Below are positions 49,101-58,145 of a stretch of 64,000 nt of DNA, one piece after another. The first letter of the stretch is position 1. The number at the start of each line of letters is the position of its first letter. The notes under the pieces are model-generated. The model saw nothing but the letters and a program-made list of their open reading frames with translations, had not been told where the DNA came from and did no database searches. A program made the translations under genes and the position numbers. This DNA is from Carcharhinus amblyrhynchos. Taxonomy: Eukaryota. The stretch covers positions 78,802,001 to 78,866,000 of the forward strand of contig OZ336874.1 in NCBI GenBank assembly GCA_965287045.1, read 5' to 3'.

Positions 49101-51086
49101 TTAAATTTTTCTACTCTTTACCAATAGGGGGGATTTACTTGCAGGGTTACACAGTGAGTGAGCAGAGCCTTGGGTCAAAGCGAACTGTGATTGAAGTGAA
49201 ACCACCTTCTGAAGAGTTTAAAACCTTTTATCTGTGTGCAGACAATGCAGCCGACAACAAGCGGTAAGTACAGTGCACCTCACATACAAACCTGCTGAAA
49301 TGAAATTTAGTTAAGTTCAATTATGACTTTTTAAACAGTGTATATATATCCCGTGTCTGGTGTTTCTCAGATTATTAAAAGCCTCAAAAAAAGCACCACT
49401 ATTTTATAATGACTTTCAAAAAAAAAGGAATTAAGTCTAATGATGATCACAAAACCATTGTTGATTGTCATACAAACCCCTCTGTTTCACTAAAGTCTTT
49501 TAGGGAAGAAAATCTGCCACCCTTACCTGGTCTGGCCTACATGTGACTCCAGATCCATAGCAACATAGTGAACTCTTAAATGTCCTCTGAAATGACCAAG
49601 CAAGCCACTCAGTTGTAGCAAACTACTACAAGGAGCTAAATGTTTCCATAATCAACGGATCAGACCTCAGCTTTTTAGTCCTGCCATATCTAGTTGTAAG
49701 TGGTGGTGGACAATTAAACAATTCAATGGAAGCGACCAGTCAAATATCCCCATCCTCAATTATGAAGACTTGTGCTGTGCCTCTAGCCAAGCTTTTCCAA
49801 TACAGGTAAACAGTCATCTACCACAACATGGGAAATTGCCCAGGCATCCTGTACGCAAGCAGTATTTCAAATCCAACACGGCCAATTACTGCCCTATCAG
49901 TCTACTTTCAATCAGCAGTAAAGTGATTAAAAGGGTTGTCAACAGTGCTATCAAGGACATTTACTTAGCAATAACCTGCTCACTGATGCTCAGTTTGTAT
50001 TCTGTCAGGGTCACTCTGCTCCTGACCTCATTACAGCCTCGGTTCAAATGTGGACAAAAGAGCTGAATTCCAGAGCTGAGCTTAGAGTGATTGCCCTTGA
50101 CATTAAGGTAGCATTTGACCGAGTGTGGTATCAAGGAACCCTAGCAAAGCCCGAGTCAATGGGAATTGGAGAAAACTCTCCACTGATTGGAGTCATATTT
50201 AGCGCAAAGTAAAATGGTTGTGGTGCTTAGAGGTCAATCATTTCAGTTCCAGGACATCACTGCAAGATCGTGTCTTCAAATGCTTCATTAGTTTGATTGG
50301 CACTCCCTACTACATTCATTCCCTTCTCCACAGACAAACAGTAGCAGCAGCACATATCATCCAGTATCATCCCATAGATGCACTTGATGCAGGGTGTAGA
50401 AACTCACCAGGCTTTCTTAGGCAGCACCTTCCAAACCCACAACCATTATCATCTAGAAGGACAAGAGCAGCAGACACATGGCTACACCACCATCTACAAG
50501 TTCCTCCTCAAACCACTCACCACCTGACTTTGAAATGTATCGCTATTCCTTCACTGTCACTGGGTAAAACCTCTGGAACTCCCTCCCTAACAACACTGTG
50601 AGTGTACCTACATTATATGGACTGCGGCAGTTCAAGAAGGCAGCTCACCACCACCTTCTCTGGGATTATTAGGGATGGGCATTAAACGCTGGGCTCGCCA
50701 GCGATGCTCACATCCCCTGAACAGATTAAAAAAAAGAGGTAATTTGACTAAAGAGCGCCACTAAAAGCAGATACAAGATTTAAATGATTTGAACTTTGCA
50801 GTTTCGCAAAGAGACAAATTAAAGATGCTACAAGCAGTGGTCTGGTATTTGCATTGGACCCCAGGAATGAATCCACTTTGCAAAGAAGCCACAATATTTA
50901 ATAGTCCGCTGCTTAGAAATTGAGGTTTAATTGATGCTACAGAGGTAAAATCTTAAGAAAACTAATCTCTGAGTTTCTCTTTCCAGCTGGATCATGGCAT
51001 TAAAAGCATCTATAGGCAAATGGCTGCCCTTGCACCAAGCCATCCATGACTTCATGACCAACCCTCCAGAACAGACACGGATGTGA
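4139..51086 (+). CDS. pdzph1: PDZ and pleckstrin homology domains 1-like gene; 12 coding exons, 4149-nt CDS, 1382 aa (long low-complexity N-terminus + PDZ + PH + PH)
   Basis: Manually joined exons 4139-4193, 6440-9148, 10823-11020, 18445-18615, 24309-24410, 27286-27396, 28475-28653, 32000-32157, 33491-33533, 35780-35966, 49128-49263, 50987-51086. All introns are GT-AG, phases are consistent and there is no in-frame stop. The PDZ-PH-PH order after a giant exon matches vertebrate Pdzph1. The name comes from recalled architecture, not from a search. Confidence 0.88.
4302..4597 (+). mobile_element. HE1-type V-SINE
   Basis: tRNA-like head, V-domain (tctcccc.tgtctgcgtgggtttcctc.gggtg.tc.ggtttcctcccacag), CR1-like tail. 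Confidence 0.85.
5340..5800 (+). mobile_element. Old degenerate CR1 3' fragment
   Basis: Decayed [11 protein letters not shown]...LGLxSLxxRRLRxxL coding remnant and 3' UTR. Confidence 0.7.
6440..9148 (+). CDS. pdzph1: pdzph1 coding exon 2 (2709 nt, Ser/Thr/Glu/Asp-rich, probably largely disordered)
   Basis: Matches ORF 6448..9171; acceptor ttttccttttaag|G; donor CAAG|gtatga; phase 1-1. Confidence 0.9.
9180..9665 (-). mobile_element. tRNA-headed shark SINE, interrupted by a short CR1 3'-end insertion (~9383-9500)
   Basis: Reverse complement has GTTCGAATCCC B-box near 9590 and a tail shared with the LINE end at ~50670-50730; inner catagaacatagaac...ggcccttcggccc is a reversed CR1 tail. Confidence 0.7.
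10171..10428 (-). mobile_element. HE1-type V-SINE (internally deleted)
   Basis: Reverse-complement head ggcacagtggttagcactgctgcctca and tail gggattctatga. Confidence 0.88.
10823..11020 (+). CDS. pdzph1: pdzph1 coding exon 3 (DLKAEAS...[14 protein letters not shown]...NQES)
   Basis: Acceptor gaatag|AT (weak pyrimidine tract); donor TCAG|gtaaga; phase 1-1; within ORF 10798..11031. Confidence 0.8.
11272..11772 (+). mobile_element. HE1-type V-SINE with a second SINE 3' portion inserted at 11421-11600
   Basis: V-domain runs to 11420, the insert ends in (TTCTTTG)n, and the host tail resumes at 11601. Confidence 0.85.
12000..12985 (-). mobile_element. Degenerate L2/CR1-group LINE fragment, interrupted by an HE1 SINE (+, ~12217-12515)
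   Basis: Endonuclease-like remnant on the minus strand (gacttcaagtccatcaccaagagtggcttggtagc = [12 protein letters not shown]); HE1 head/V-domain/tail in the middle. Confidence 0.65.
13358..13595. repeat. (CT)n/(CA)n compound low-complexity repeat
   Basis: Interspersed ctctct and cacaca tracts. Confidence 0.9.
13925..14255 (+). mobile_element. HE1-type V-SINE, near full length
   Basis: Head, V-domain, tail ...ggattctat. Confidence 0.9.
14907..15555 (+). mobile_element. CR1/HER1-type LINE 3' fragment
   Basis: ORF 14918..15460 ends ...[10 protein letters not shown]; (TTCTTATG)n end; 19-bp tandem duplication at its 5' edge. Confidence 0.95.
16790..16985. repeat. Degenerate short-unit tandem repeat (GCACAGA/GCATGC-like)
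   Basis: Recurrent catgcacaga and gagcatgca units. Confidence 0.7.
17905..18098 (+). mobile_element. V-SINE 3' part with the alternative (non-CR1) tail
   Basis: End of V-domain, then ggcgccggagtgtggcgactagggg...cttgtgac...aataaa...aaacttt. Confidence 0.8.
18445..18615 (+). CDS. pdzph1: pdzph1 coding exon 4 ([11 protein letters not shown]...[18 protein letters not shown]...RSRPVA)
   Basis: Acceptor gtgtgcag|TA; donor GCAA|gtaata; phase 1-1. Confidence 0.85.
18786..22647 (+). mobile_element. Decayed Ty3/Gypsy LTR retrotransposon (LTRs ~18786-19066 and ~22416-22647), with later SINE insertions
   Basis: Two diverged direct repeats; PBS-like TGGTGGCAGC at 19067; gag knuckle remnant [21 protein letters not shown] (~19876-19940); protease motif [11 protein letters not shown] (~20123-20155); purine tract 22404-22415 just before TGT. 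Confidence 0.75.
21559..22092 (+). mobile_element. tRNA-headed SINE 5' part (21559-~21750) followed by an HE1-type V-SINE (~21752-22092)
   Basis: gggaggcagtggtgtagtgg...gggttcaagtc head, then a canonical HE1 body. Confidence 0.82.
23240..23830 (+). mobile_element. Very old CR1 RT remnant
   Basis: Decayed motifs cagtactgggacct, cagatgaaatttaatgtt, catctggagtaccgtatgcagttctag. Confidence 0.65.
23955..24160 (-). mobile_element. Deu-domain-like SINE remnant (SacSINE1/AmnSINE1-like)
   Basis: ggttgaggga...gaccaggaca...cttctt...agtagtgtcat resembles a reversed Deu core; similar to 32850-33180. Confidence 0.55.
24309..24410 (+). CDS. pdzph1: pdzph1 coding exon 5, PDZ N-half ([34 protein letters not shown])
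   Basis: Acceptor ttccacag|TT; donor ACAA|gtgagt; PWGF occupies the PDZ carboxylate-binding GLGF position. Confidence 0.92.
25292..25368. repeat. (CT)n microsatellite / polypyrimidine tract
   Basis: Direct reading. Confidence 0.9.
26083..26270. mobile_element. MITE-like element
   Basis: Terminal inverted repeats gggattttctagccc / gggctggaaaattcc. Confidence 0.6.
27286..27396 (+). CDS. pdzph1: pdzph1 coding exon 6, PDZ C-half ([37 protein letters not shown])
   Basis: Acceptor ttccag|AT; donor CAAG|gtaggg; classic PDZ AxxAGLxxGDxxxxVNG motif. Confidence 0.95.
28475..28653 (+). CDS. pdzph1: pdzph1 coding exon 7, end of PDZ and start of PH1 ([25 protein letters not shown])
   Basis: Acceptor tttccag|GT; donor AAG|gtgcga; PH beta1-beta2 signature GxLxK...W+KRWFVL. 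Confidence 0.95.
28745..29045 (+). mobile_element. HE1-type V-SINE
   Basis: Head ggtggcacagtggttagcactgctgc; tail ggattctatga. Confidence 0.9.
29290..30240 (-). mobile_element. Degenerate CR1 RT/3' fragment
   Basis: ORF 29615..29875 contains [20 protein letters not shown]. Confidence 0.88.
30600..30855. repeat. Degenerate minisatellite with CATCACTGACAG core
   Basis: About 6-7 imperfect ~35-nt units (catcactgacagaac...). Confidence 0.65.
32000..32157 (+). CDS. pdzph1: pdzph1 coding exon 8, PH1 middle ([18 protein letters not shown]...KPFVF...[12 protein letters not shown])
   Basis: Acceptor tgtgtag|GAT; donor AAAG|gtaaag; phase 0-2. Confidence 0.93.
32850..33180 (-). mobile_element. Deu-domain-like SINE remnant
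   Basis: gatgttgattgagg...gaactcccctacttttct...ggatcttttat; resembles a reversed Deu core. Confidence 0.55.
33491..33533 (+). CDS. pdzph1: pdzph1 coding exon 9, PH1 C-terminal helix ([15 protein letters not shown])
   Basis: Acceptor ttgttgcag|G; donor CAG|gtacat; phase 2-0; invariant PH-helix Trp present. Confidence 0.9.
33772..33901. mobile_element. Penelope-derived hairpin element, copy 2 (opposite orientation to copy 1)
   Basis: Inverted arms aagtctcacaacaccaggttaaagtccaacaggttt / aaacctgttggactttaacctggtgttgtgagactt; exact 12-bp TSD ctggatctctag at 33760-33771 and 33902-33913. Confidence 0.82.
35196..35305 (+). repeat. 110-bp direct repeat, copy A (copy B at 38279-38388)
   Basis: 4 mismatches between the copies. 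Confidence 0.9.
35780..35966 (+). CDS. pdzph1: pdzph1 coding exon 10, linker and PH2 start (NHVWVDVT...ECLGLLHQ...[13 protein letters not shown])
   Basis: Acceptor catttacag|AAT; donor CAGG|gtgagt; phase 0-1. Confidence 0.9.
36550..38006 (+). mobile_element. CR1/HER1-type LINE, 5'-truncated, with an uninterrupted RT-to-stop frame
   Basis: ORF 36541..37914 ([33 protein letters not shown]); no endonuclease domain; (TTCTTATG)n end. Confidence 0.97.
38279..38388 (+). repeat. 110-bp direct repeat, copy B
   Basis: Matches 35196-35305. Confidence 0.9.
38865..39232 (-). mobile_element. Old CR1 3' fragment (continues at ~39738-39930 after the SINE insertion)
   Basis: Reversed CR1 3' UTR and ORF2 end (gcagccattcagccc...cattctttaaaactc). 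Confidence 0.75.
39235..39525 (-). mobile_element. V-SINE with the alternative tail; head disrupted by the palindrome
   Basis: aaagtttatttattagtcacaagtagg tail, reversed V-domain, breaks at ...ctgtgagacagc. Confidence 0.85.
39522..39932. repeat. Long palindrome, 204-bp arms, 3-nt spacer
   Basis: 39522-39725 is the reverse complement of 39729-39932 with about 9 mismatches. Confidence 0.95.
40390..40612. mobile_element. Degenerate Penelope-related hairpin repeat (second family; related fragment at ~51918-52047)
   Basis: catctgtggagagagaaac...tttctatttcagatttccagca motif; the 51918-52047 copy reads tgctggaatctgaaacaaaaacagaaaatgctgg. Confidence 0.6.
41045..41320 (+). mobile_element. SINE-like remnant with an RTE-type 3' tail
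   Basis: tRNA-like gggctcaagtccc box and tail gaaggcaatgacaag...gtagtatcttgccaag, resembling RTE-derived tails. Confidence 0.45.
41820..45436 (+). mobile_element. Older CR1 3' fragment (41820-~41975 and ~45044-45436) split by a nested young CR1
   Basis: Frame [25 protein letters not shown]...LERRRL resumes as [14 protein letters not shown] after 45044. Confidence 0.9.
41987..45043 (+). mobile_element. CR1/HER1-type LINE with nearly complete but disabled ORF2 (APE endonuclease + RT)
   Basis: [17 protein letters not shown] endonuclease motifs plus RT motifs; frameshifts/deletions near 42345, 43460, 43660, 43728 and 44130, and TGA at 42692; (TTCTTATG)n end. Confidence 0.97.
45440..47800 (-). 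mobile_element. Degenerate CR1 element including an ORF1 remnant (zinc-finger/coiled-coil and SGNH-esterase-like) and ORF2 pieces
   Basis: Minus-strand frames give [13 protein letters not shown]...SDHN (ORF2 EN), [11 protein letters not shown] and ...GIDRCFCG (ORF1), and a Cys-rich N-terminus near 47700-47770. Confidence 0.82.
48561..48876 (+). mobile_element. HE1-type V-SINE
   Basis: Head, V-domain, tail gggattctatga. Confidence 0.9.
49128..49263 (+). CDS. pdzph1: pdzph1 coding exon 11, PH2 middle ([10 protein letters not shown]...[15 protein letters not shown])
   Basis: Acceptor ccaatag|GG; donor AGCG|gtaagt; phase 1-2; GxIxLxGYxV PH motif. Confidence 0.92.
49420..50735 (+). mobile_element. 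SINE body (~49420-49625) followed by a deleted L2/CR1-group LINE 3' region
   Basis: [15 protein letters not shown] and [14 protein letters not shown] remnants; 3' end gggatgggcattaaacgctggg...cacatccc plus an A-tract. Confidence 0.78.
50987..51086 (+). CDS. pdzph1: pdzph1 last coding exon ([33 protein letters not shown])
   Basis: Acceptor ctctttccag|C; PH-helix Trp; TGA at 51084-51086. Confidence 0.92.
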
Positions 51087-51129
51087 AGGGAAATTCTTGC
51101 TAAACAGCAGAGTTCTATAAATAGCTGTG

Positions 51130-51356
51130 AATGATGAAAGCACTTCTTCACAAAAAGGATAGGCACTTCTTCACAAAAAGGATAGTGGAAATCAGGAATC
51201 TTTCTCCAAAGAGCTGTTGAGAGTAGGTGAACTGAAAATTTCAACATTGTGATTGAACCAAGGCAGGTAAATTGAGTTAAGAATCCGATGAACCATGTGC
51301 TAATTGAATTATTAAACAGGCTCAAGGGTTGAATGGTCTACTTCTGTTCTTATGCT
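51130..51356 (+). mobile_element. Old CR1 3' end within the presumptive pdzph1 3' UTR
   Basis: cacttcttcaca...gtggaaatc...caggctcaagggttgaatggtctacttctgttcttatg; 23-bp tandem duplication at 51140-51185. Confidence 0.7.
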
Positions 51357-53017
51357 CCAATATAGAACTGATAGCTTTAATATTAGTATTTGAGTGTCTG
51401 TATCACTTAGATATATTGCAAAAAATACTCAACACCCAGAATTTTTCACATCGTTACAGAACAATGAGATGGATTTTAACACCCCAAATGTGTGGTTTGC
51501 GTCAAGTCAGGTGTTGAAATTTTAAACTCTCTTAGTTTTGGGTTCAATAGAGGCAAAATAGCAAGTTAAATATGTTAATGAAGGTGAATGGTTTAATTTT
51601 GGCCAGCCACACCTCCCAGACCTTGGAAAGCCTGACAGCTGAAGGGGACAGAGGACAGCTCCAGATTAAAGGGAAGAGAGGACAGCTCCAGATAGAAGGG
51701 AAATGCCTTCATGCTTGTGGGCCAGGAAAAGAAGAAATGTTTTACCTTGCTGCCTCCAAGCCCCCTTCTATCCGACCCCAGACAAGGAACTTTGTCCTGC
51801 CTATATCTCAACTATTGTTGCAAGGATTAGCAGTTTGACTCATGCTGTAAAAATTATTGCAATCTTCCTGTACATTTGTAGTTGGAGTGGGTAAAGAATC
51901 CATATATAAATAATATAAAGGCAAAATATTACTGATGCTGGAATCTGAAACAAAAACAGAAAATGCTGGAAAATCTCAGCAGGTCTGTCAGCATCTGTGT
52001 AGGGAGGGTAGAGCCAATGTTTTGAGTCTGGATGACGTTTTGTCAGATAAATAAGCAATATACAAATAATGTTCACTAAATATCTTATCACCACCATGCT
52101 GTGGGAGTTGCTTCATGTCTTTCCCTTCCCCTCTAGTGCTTTATAACATTTCACCTCGCAATCTGAATGACAACTGGTTAAAATTACCACAGAGAGAAGA
52201 AGAATATGTGGAAGACAGGACGATTCACTTGTTCTAACGGGCACTTGACTCCATCCAATTAATGTAATCTTCTGAGGAAGATAAATAACTGCCTAATACT
52301 TTCAAGACCATAAAGCACAGTACGTTTCCCCTAACTTGAGCGTCATCTACAAAAACCTCAAGACACAAGTTAACATTAAAAACGGAATTACTGAACACAG
52401 GCCAGTCCAATTCTACAGTTGATATTTCTATAATCTCAGCAATATCATAATTAGGATATTTCATTTTTACACTTTTACAGCGTTGACCCATTTTTAATTG
52501 GATAACCCTGCTGGCTACTTTTTAAAACTTCACTTAAAAAGCAATTGATCTTTGGAGCACTGAGCGTTGAGAGCTGATTGGGCTTTAGAGCCATCAGTGA
52601 GGTAACTTCAAATCACTTCACCAGTTGACCTTATGTTCATGTCAAGCCCATGGCAACCTTTACATGCCCAGGCCTTGACTGCTTGTAAAGTTTTCACCCA
52701 AGTACAGGCCATGTTTTACCACATGGACTCCACTTCCAAAAGTGACAATAGGCTTTTCGATACCCAGGGAAATATTACTGAAATGTGTCAGGCTCTTTTC
52801 TTTAATAAAACACACACAGTTAGAACAGGGTACATTAACTTGGAATAGAGTTAAATTTAAAAAATATATCGTGAAGAGAGAATGGAATGCAGAAAGATTA
52901 GAAAAATAAATTCAATATTTATTTGATGTCGTTCTAAATTATCATAGTTTTGTAAATTTGGATTAACATCATAGAAATAACACCACTTCTAACTTGTTTA
53001 TGAATAGTTCTAACACT

Positions 53018-53131
53018 GGCTGGAATTTTATCACCACTCCAGTCCTGGAATCGGCACAGGCACAGCTGGCAGAACAGAATTCCCCATTGGCCTTTTGAGT
53101 CGCGCCAGATTGAGGTCATAAAATGCCAGCC
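53018..53131. mobile_element. MITE-like element with 14-bp TIRs
   Basis: ggctggaattttat...ataaaatgccagcc, flanked by ACT on both sides. Confidence 0.65.
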
Positions 53132-53459
53132 ACTGTGTTTGTTTCAATGTTAAAATGTACAAATTGACAAGTTAGTTTTAAAGGGAAAGCCACTTTGGGT
53201 AGCCTTGAGTTCCCCAGAGTCTCCGAAAATTACTCCATCTTGTGGCCAGCACAATCAATGTGTTTTTACTGCTAAGTACAGAAATGTAGGCTGAATCTTA
53301 ACTCCCAAAAGTGGGTGGGTCGGGTATGTGTCAGAGGATGAAAATGAAAATAAAATCTGAAACAATAGCCAAACCCGCCTCAAATCCATTCACTTCCCAT
53401 TTTTGATAGAGGCTGGAGGAAAGGAGAGTGATCAAACCAGTCATGGGAAGTGGGCTAGA

Positions 53460-54385
53460 AGGAACATAGGAATTAGGAGCAGAAATAGGCAAATTCAGTC
53501 CCTTGAGCCTGCTCGCCATTCAATTAGATCATGGCTGATTTCTCCCTGGGCTAAATCTACATCCCCACCTGTTCCCCATATCCCTCTTTCCTTTTTTTTA
53601 TTAGAAATACATCTATCACCCTCTTGAAACCATTCAACAATTTCACCGTGCTATGAGGCAGCAAGTTCCACAACTTCACCACCCTCTGTGAGAAGTAGAG
53701 TCACAGAGATTTACAGCACAGAAACAGAACGCTCAGCCCAACTTGTCCATGCTGCCCTTTTTTTTAATACCCCTAAGCTAATCCAATTTGCCTGCATTTG
53801 GCCCATATTCCTCTATACCCATTTAATCCATGTAACTAAATACTTTTTAAAAAACAAAATTGTACCTGCTTCTACTACTATCTCTGGCAGCTTCTTCCAG
53901 ACACTCACCACCCTCTGGACCTTTTGTATCTTTCCCCTCTCACCTTAAACCTATGCCCTCTAGTTTCAGACTCCCCTATCTTGTTGATTTATGCCCCTCA
54001 TTATTTTATAGACATCTATAAGATCACCCGTAAATCTCCTGCGCGCCAGAGAAAACAGTTCCTCCTCATCCCTGTTTTAAATCTACGCCTCTCAACCTAT
54101 ACCTGTTACCTCCTATTCTAGATTACTCCATAAGAGGCAACATTTGGTCTACATTTACTTCATCAATTATTTTTAAAATTTTATACACTTTGATCAGATC
54201 CCCTCTTATCCTTCTAAACTCCAGTAAGTATAAGCCCAAAATGTTTAATCTCTCCTCATACATCAACACCTTTGTCCCCAGAATCAAACTGGTGAACCTC
54301 CTCTGAACTGCCTCCAATGTCATCCCATCCTTCCTCAATTAAGGAGACCAAAACTGGAAACAATACTCCAGATGTGGCCTTTATT
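53460..54385 (-). mobile_element. CR1 3' fragment with a second CR1 3' fragment nested inside (~53697-54050)
   Basis: ORF 54123..54338 (LEAVQRRFT...LEFRRIRGDL); two reversed 3' tails at ~53462 and ~53700. Confidence 0.82.
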
Positions 54386-54959
54386 TGAACAGTCTTTCTA
54401 TTTATTGACTGGGTTTCCCCAGGTGTTGGGAAGCTTGACAATTGTGTGCAAGTGAGAAAGGCTGAACTCATGAGGCATTTGCAGCATTCCTGTGAGCCTG
54501 GAGGAGTGCCAGTAAACTGCCTCGCCGCCACTCCAGATCATACAAGGTCTCTTTCCCCAATGTAAGACCCCAGAACATCACTGGACCATCCTGCAGATAC
54601 TGACAGTCCCTGCCAACCTCCACAATTGATCTCTTACTGCCACACTAGTTGGTGTTGGAGGCTGCAGCCCAGTAAAGCAGTTGGCTGACTGCCTGCGGGC
54701 TGGGACCCCGCAATAAAAATTTAAAACTAGCCCTGCAGGAAGTTCCTTCTTCCGGGTTTAACAACCTTGCAGCAGCCCCCTTGCCCTTTACCCCAGATCC
54801 TAATGTTCCTAGCATTGCTCATTGTTTTCAATAAAGGAGTGGCGATGAATCAAAATTAAGCTCTACCTCCTAGCCTTTGCAAGCATATTAGCAAAGGTCA
54901 GCAGATTGAGTAAAGATTGCCATGATAGTGAGGTGTTTGTTTAAATGCATTGGATTAAT

Positions 54960-56370
54960 TTTGAAAGTTGTAGGCAGATGTACGGTTTGACATGAACACT
55001 TGAGAAATAAAGTCATTTAGAGGTTTATTCATAGGGTTCCTTTGAAGGTGAGAAGAATAAGGAGATGTCAGCAATCTGAATTTCAGGAAGTTTCTTCTAC
55101 GAAACATGAAATCCAAGAATGGAAGGTACCAGTTTCTCACTTTAGTACTAATGCTGACCAAATACAAAATGCTACAGTGTGGGGAAAGCAGATAACTGAG
55201 TAAAACTGAAGGGTGCACGATTGCAGGGAAGTCTTTTGGATAAAGAGGAAAGTCTGCTCACAATTCTGGCACAATTGTCAGGTAGACATATTAATCAACA
55301 TGTATCCTGGGAAATGAGGATAGGAGCAGCGATCAATGTTTAATAGGTTCCAAAAACAGTTTGGCCAGGCAGTTTTTCCTGTGAGATTGGATAGAAATAT
55401 AAAGACACTGTGGCTGTAATTAATTATTTATTTCAGTTTGTACATAAGTTTTTTTTGTACCATTTTCACTTTTGTTTTGCTTTTCCCCATGTTGTTCAGT
55501 ATAACATTCTTGGATTTGGAACATCAATAAAAACCTTAATTGAAGGAATGTTTGTTTCTTGAGGAATTAGACTGAACATCAGTACACTAAGTTTTGCTTC
55601 TTCATTAGTATCTGATGTATATTTTGCCTGGAAGGCTGTGCTATAAGGGAATAAAAACAGATTAATGAACTGCTTTATATAGAAGCTGGAGATGGTATCT
55701 TAATTTATGCTCATTATGATAAATGCGATCACAAGAATCATTGTGATATTAACTTCCCACATCTCATAATAAATATAATTGGTTTCAATTAGTTCATGCT
55801 ATCCTTGGAAAGGAACACTCATCACGTCACTGTGGTACCTATAGACATCTGTCTGCTCAATATTTGAAACACCATAGATGTTGGCATATAAGTTGATCTC
55901 TGAAGTCTCAAAAAATCCCTCCAAAACAAGGGTCAGTTTACAGACCAAAGGTAAGCCAGCAACATGGGTGTGGTGGTTACCATTTTGAAATGTTGTGTCA
56001 GCATCAGTTGTCGAGAGGGAGCATGTCTCAAACACCCAGCATCTTTGTGACAAAGCCCACGATGACCTGCTTAATTCCTTGTGTCCAGATTCAAGGTACC
56101 AGGAAGTAAAACATATTGATTCATATGCCAGGCATATGCAAAATATGACATTTGGTTCCAGAAAAATTGGGTTGTCTTTTTTTACCAGGTCACCTTATAC
56201 AATTTTCTATAGGTAAGGTTCGGCTAAAGAGAATAATGAATGAAGATTTTAAGACTGCATGGAAAATGCGGGTAAAAGCTTTTTCAAGTTGTCCTTTTAT
56301 ACAATCAGCAACTGTTGCTGACAGTGTCAATAGAATGGTAAAGCTTTGCTTGGAAAACTGAAATGATTCA
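54960..56370 (+). mobile_element. Highly decayed RTE-clade LINE remnant
   Basis: Fragmentary translations TKYKML, YRHL...HHRCWHI, PYTIFYR, RFxDCM appear in the order expected for an RTE ORF C-terminus. Confidence 0.45.
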
Positions 56371-57117
56371 TGCTTAAAACATATGGATTTTCCCAAGTCT
56401 TTCCCTGTCGTCCAAAGCCAGGCTTTTGAAAATTAGCCACAACTTGAAGGAATACATTAATGTTTAGTCTTGTCAGTGTGTCGTATAACAGAGATCATAG
56501 TTCTGCATGTTAATACTGAAGTACACAGATGCATTTGATTGCAAACTAAAAAAAACTGGAACTTATTCAGAAGGTCAGTCTGCATCAGTAAAAAATAAAT
56601 GAATGTTCACACTTATAAACCCACTGGCAGCAGATAATTATCTCAAAGAGTATGCAACACAATGCCAGTTTGCTCAACCAATAATTATTCACCATCACAA
56701 ATACACAGAAATCTATTGAACACTATCAATCATTGTCATTTGGTGATTTTGATCATTGTTCTGTCACTTTCAGTGTGCATTTGTCTGTGTTCTGATGGCC
56801 AGTTTCTATTAAAATTGAAGATTCATGTTACAATAATTAAACTGAGATAATTCTGAAATGAATATGTCGTTTGATATGGATGAATCATGCTACTTATGAA
56901 GTAAGAGAAATGGAAACATTGGGTAACCAGGCTGTTTAGAGCAAGACTCTGATAAATATGTACTGCAGATTGGACATGCTTTGGAAGAAGCTCAAATTCA
57001 TTGGTACAATTAAATGTTTGCGCAGTTCCCACACCTCAACTTCCCAAGTTTTCTTTCAATTGAAAAAGCAGCAAAAGGTCGGCTTATCATAATGTCATGA
57101 TGACAGATCATATAATT

Positions 57118-57392
57118 GTGGCACAATGGCACAGTGGTTAGCACTGTTGCTTCAGAGTGCCAGGTCTGATTCCTGGCTTGGGTCACTATCTGTGTGGAGT
57201 TTGCATGTTCTCCCCGTGTTTGCACGGGTTTCCACAGGGTGCTCCAGTTTTCTCCCACATTCTGAAAGATGTGCAGGTCAAGTGCACTGACCCGAACAGG
57301 CGCTGGACTGTGGCGACTAGGGTAATTTCACAGTAAGTTAGTTGCAGTGTTAATGTAAGCTTTATTTGTGACTAATAAATAAACTTTACTTT
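57118..57392 (+). mobile_element. V-SINE with the alternative tail
   Basis: HE1 head/V-domain, then tgtggcgactaggg...gcagtgttaatgtaagc...aataaataaacttt. Confidence 0.88.
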
Positions 57393-58019
57393 AGAATCCT
57401 GAAACTTTAAATGATAATGGATGGACTGAATATGAAATAGATATGAACAATGGAGGCCCAGTAACACTCAGGGTTCCTGACATACCAATGAATAAGTGTA
57501 CAAAAAGTATGATTTGGGAGTTGGAAAAATGGAGTTGTCTTATTGGCTGTGATTTACAGTAAGTCTGATTTTCATACATAAAACAGCAATGGTTTCTGGT
57601 GAGGTTATCATGAAAAGAATTGGTTCCAAAAGGTTGTTCTTAGATCATAATGCAAGGTAATGATTTGCATGTAGAGGATATATTGTCAGCAGTTAAAATA
57701 GGTGGCTAAAGACCAGTCAATAGCATTAAAAAGTAAATTATACTGCAAAAACTAAGGAACTGAGCAGGACACTGAACTGTTAGTGATAATGGATAAGACT
57801 AGCCCAGAGAGCTGGTCTTGTATCTTGTTTTGGATTGATATCCACCAAATGTGGAATCAGCAATGACTGATTCCACCAGTTTATGAAAAGATATTATTTC
57901 ATAAAAGGTTTGAAAAAATAAATTAAGAAAACTATTTCAATGACAATCTGATATAGTATTCACATATTTTAGTTTCTGTAGATTGCTGTAAGAAGCGGTG
58001 TTTTGTTACAGGAGTCAAT

Positions 58020-58145
58020 GGTTAGGATTTTATGACCTTGCTTGGGCGAAGCTCAATAAACCCCGTCCGAGGCCAACAGAGAATTCCGTTCTGTGAGCCT
58101 TGCCCGCCATAATTCTGGGACGGGTGTGCCAGTAAAATTCCAGCC
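58020..58145. mobile_element. MITE-like element
   Basis: ggttaggatttta...taaaattccagcc, flanked by AAT on both sides. Confidence 0.6.

Noticed and set aside
51918-52047. Active hammerhead ribozyme in the Penelope-related fragments
   Set aside because: The conserved CUGAnGA/GAAA core is mutated or missing in every copy I could read.
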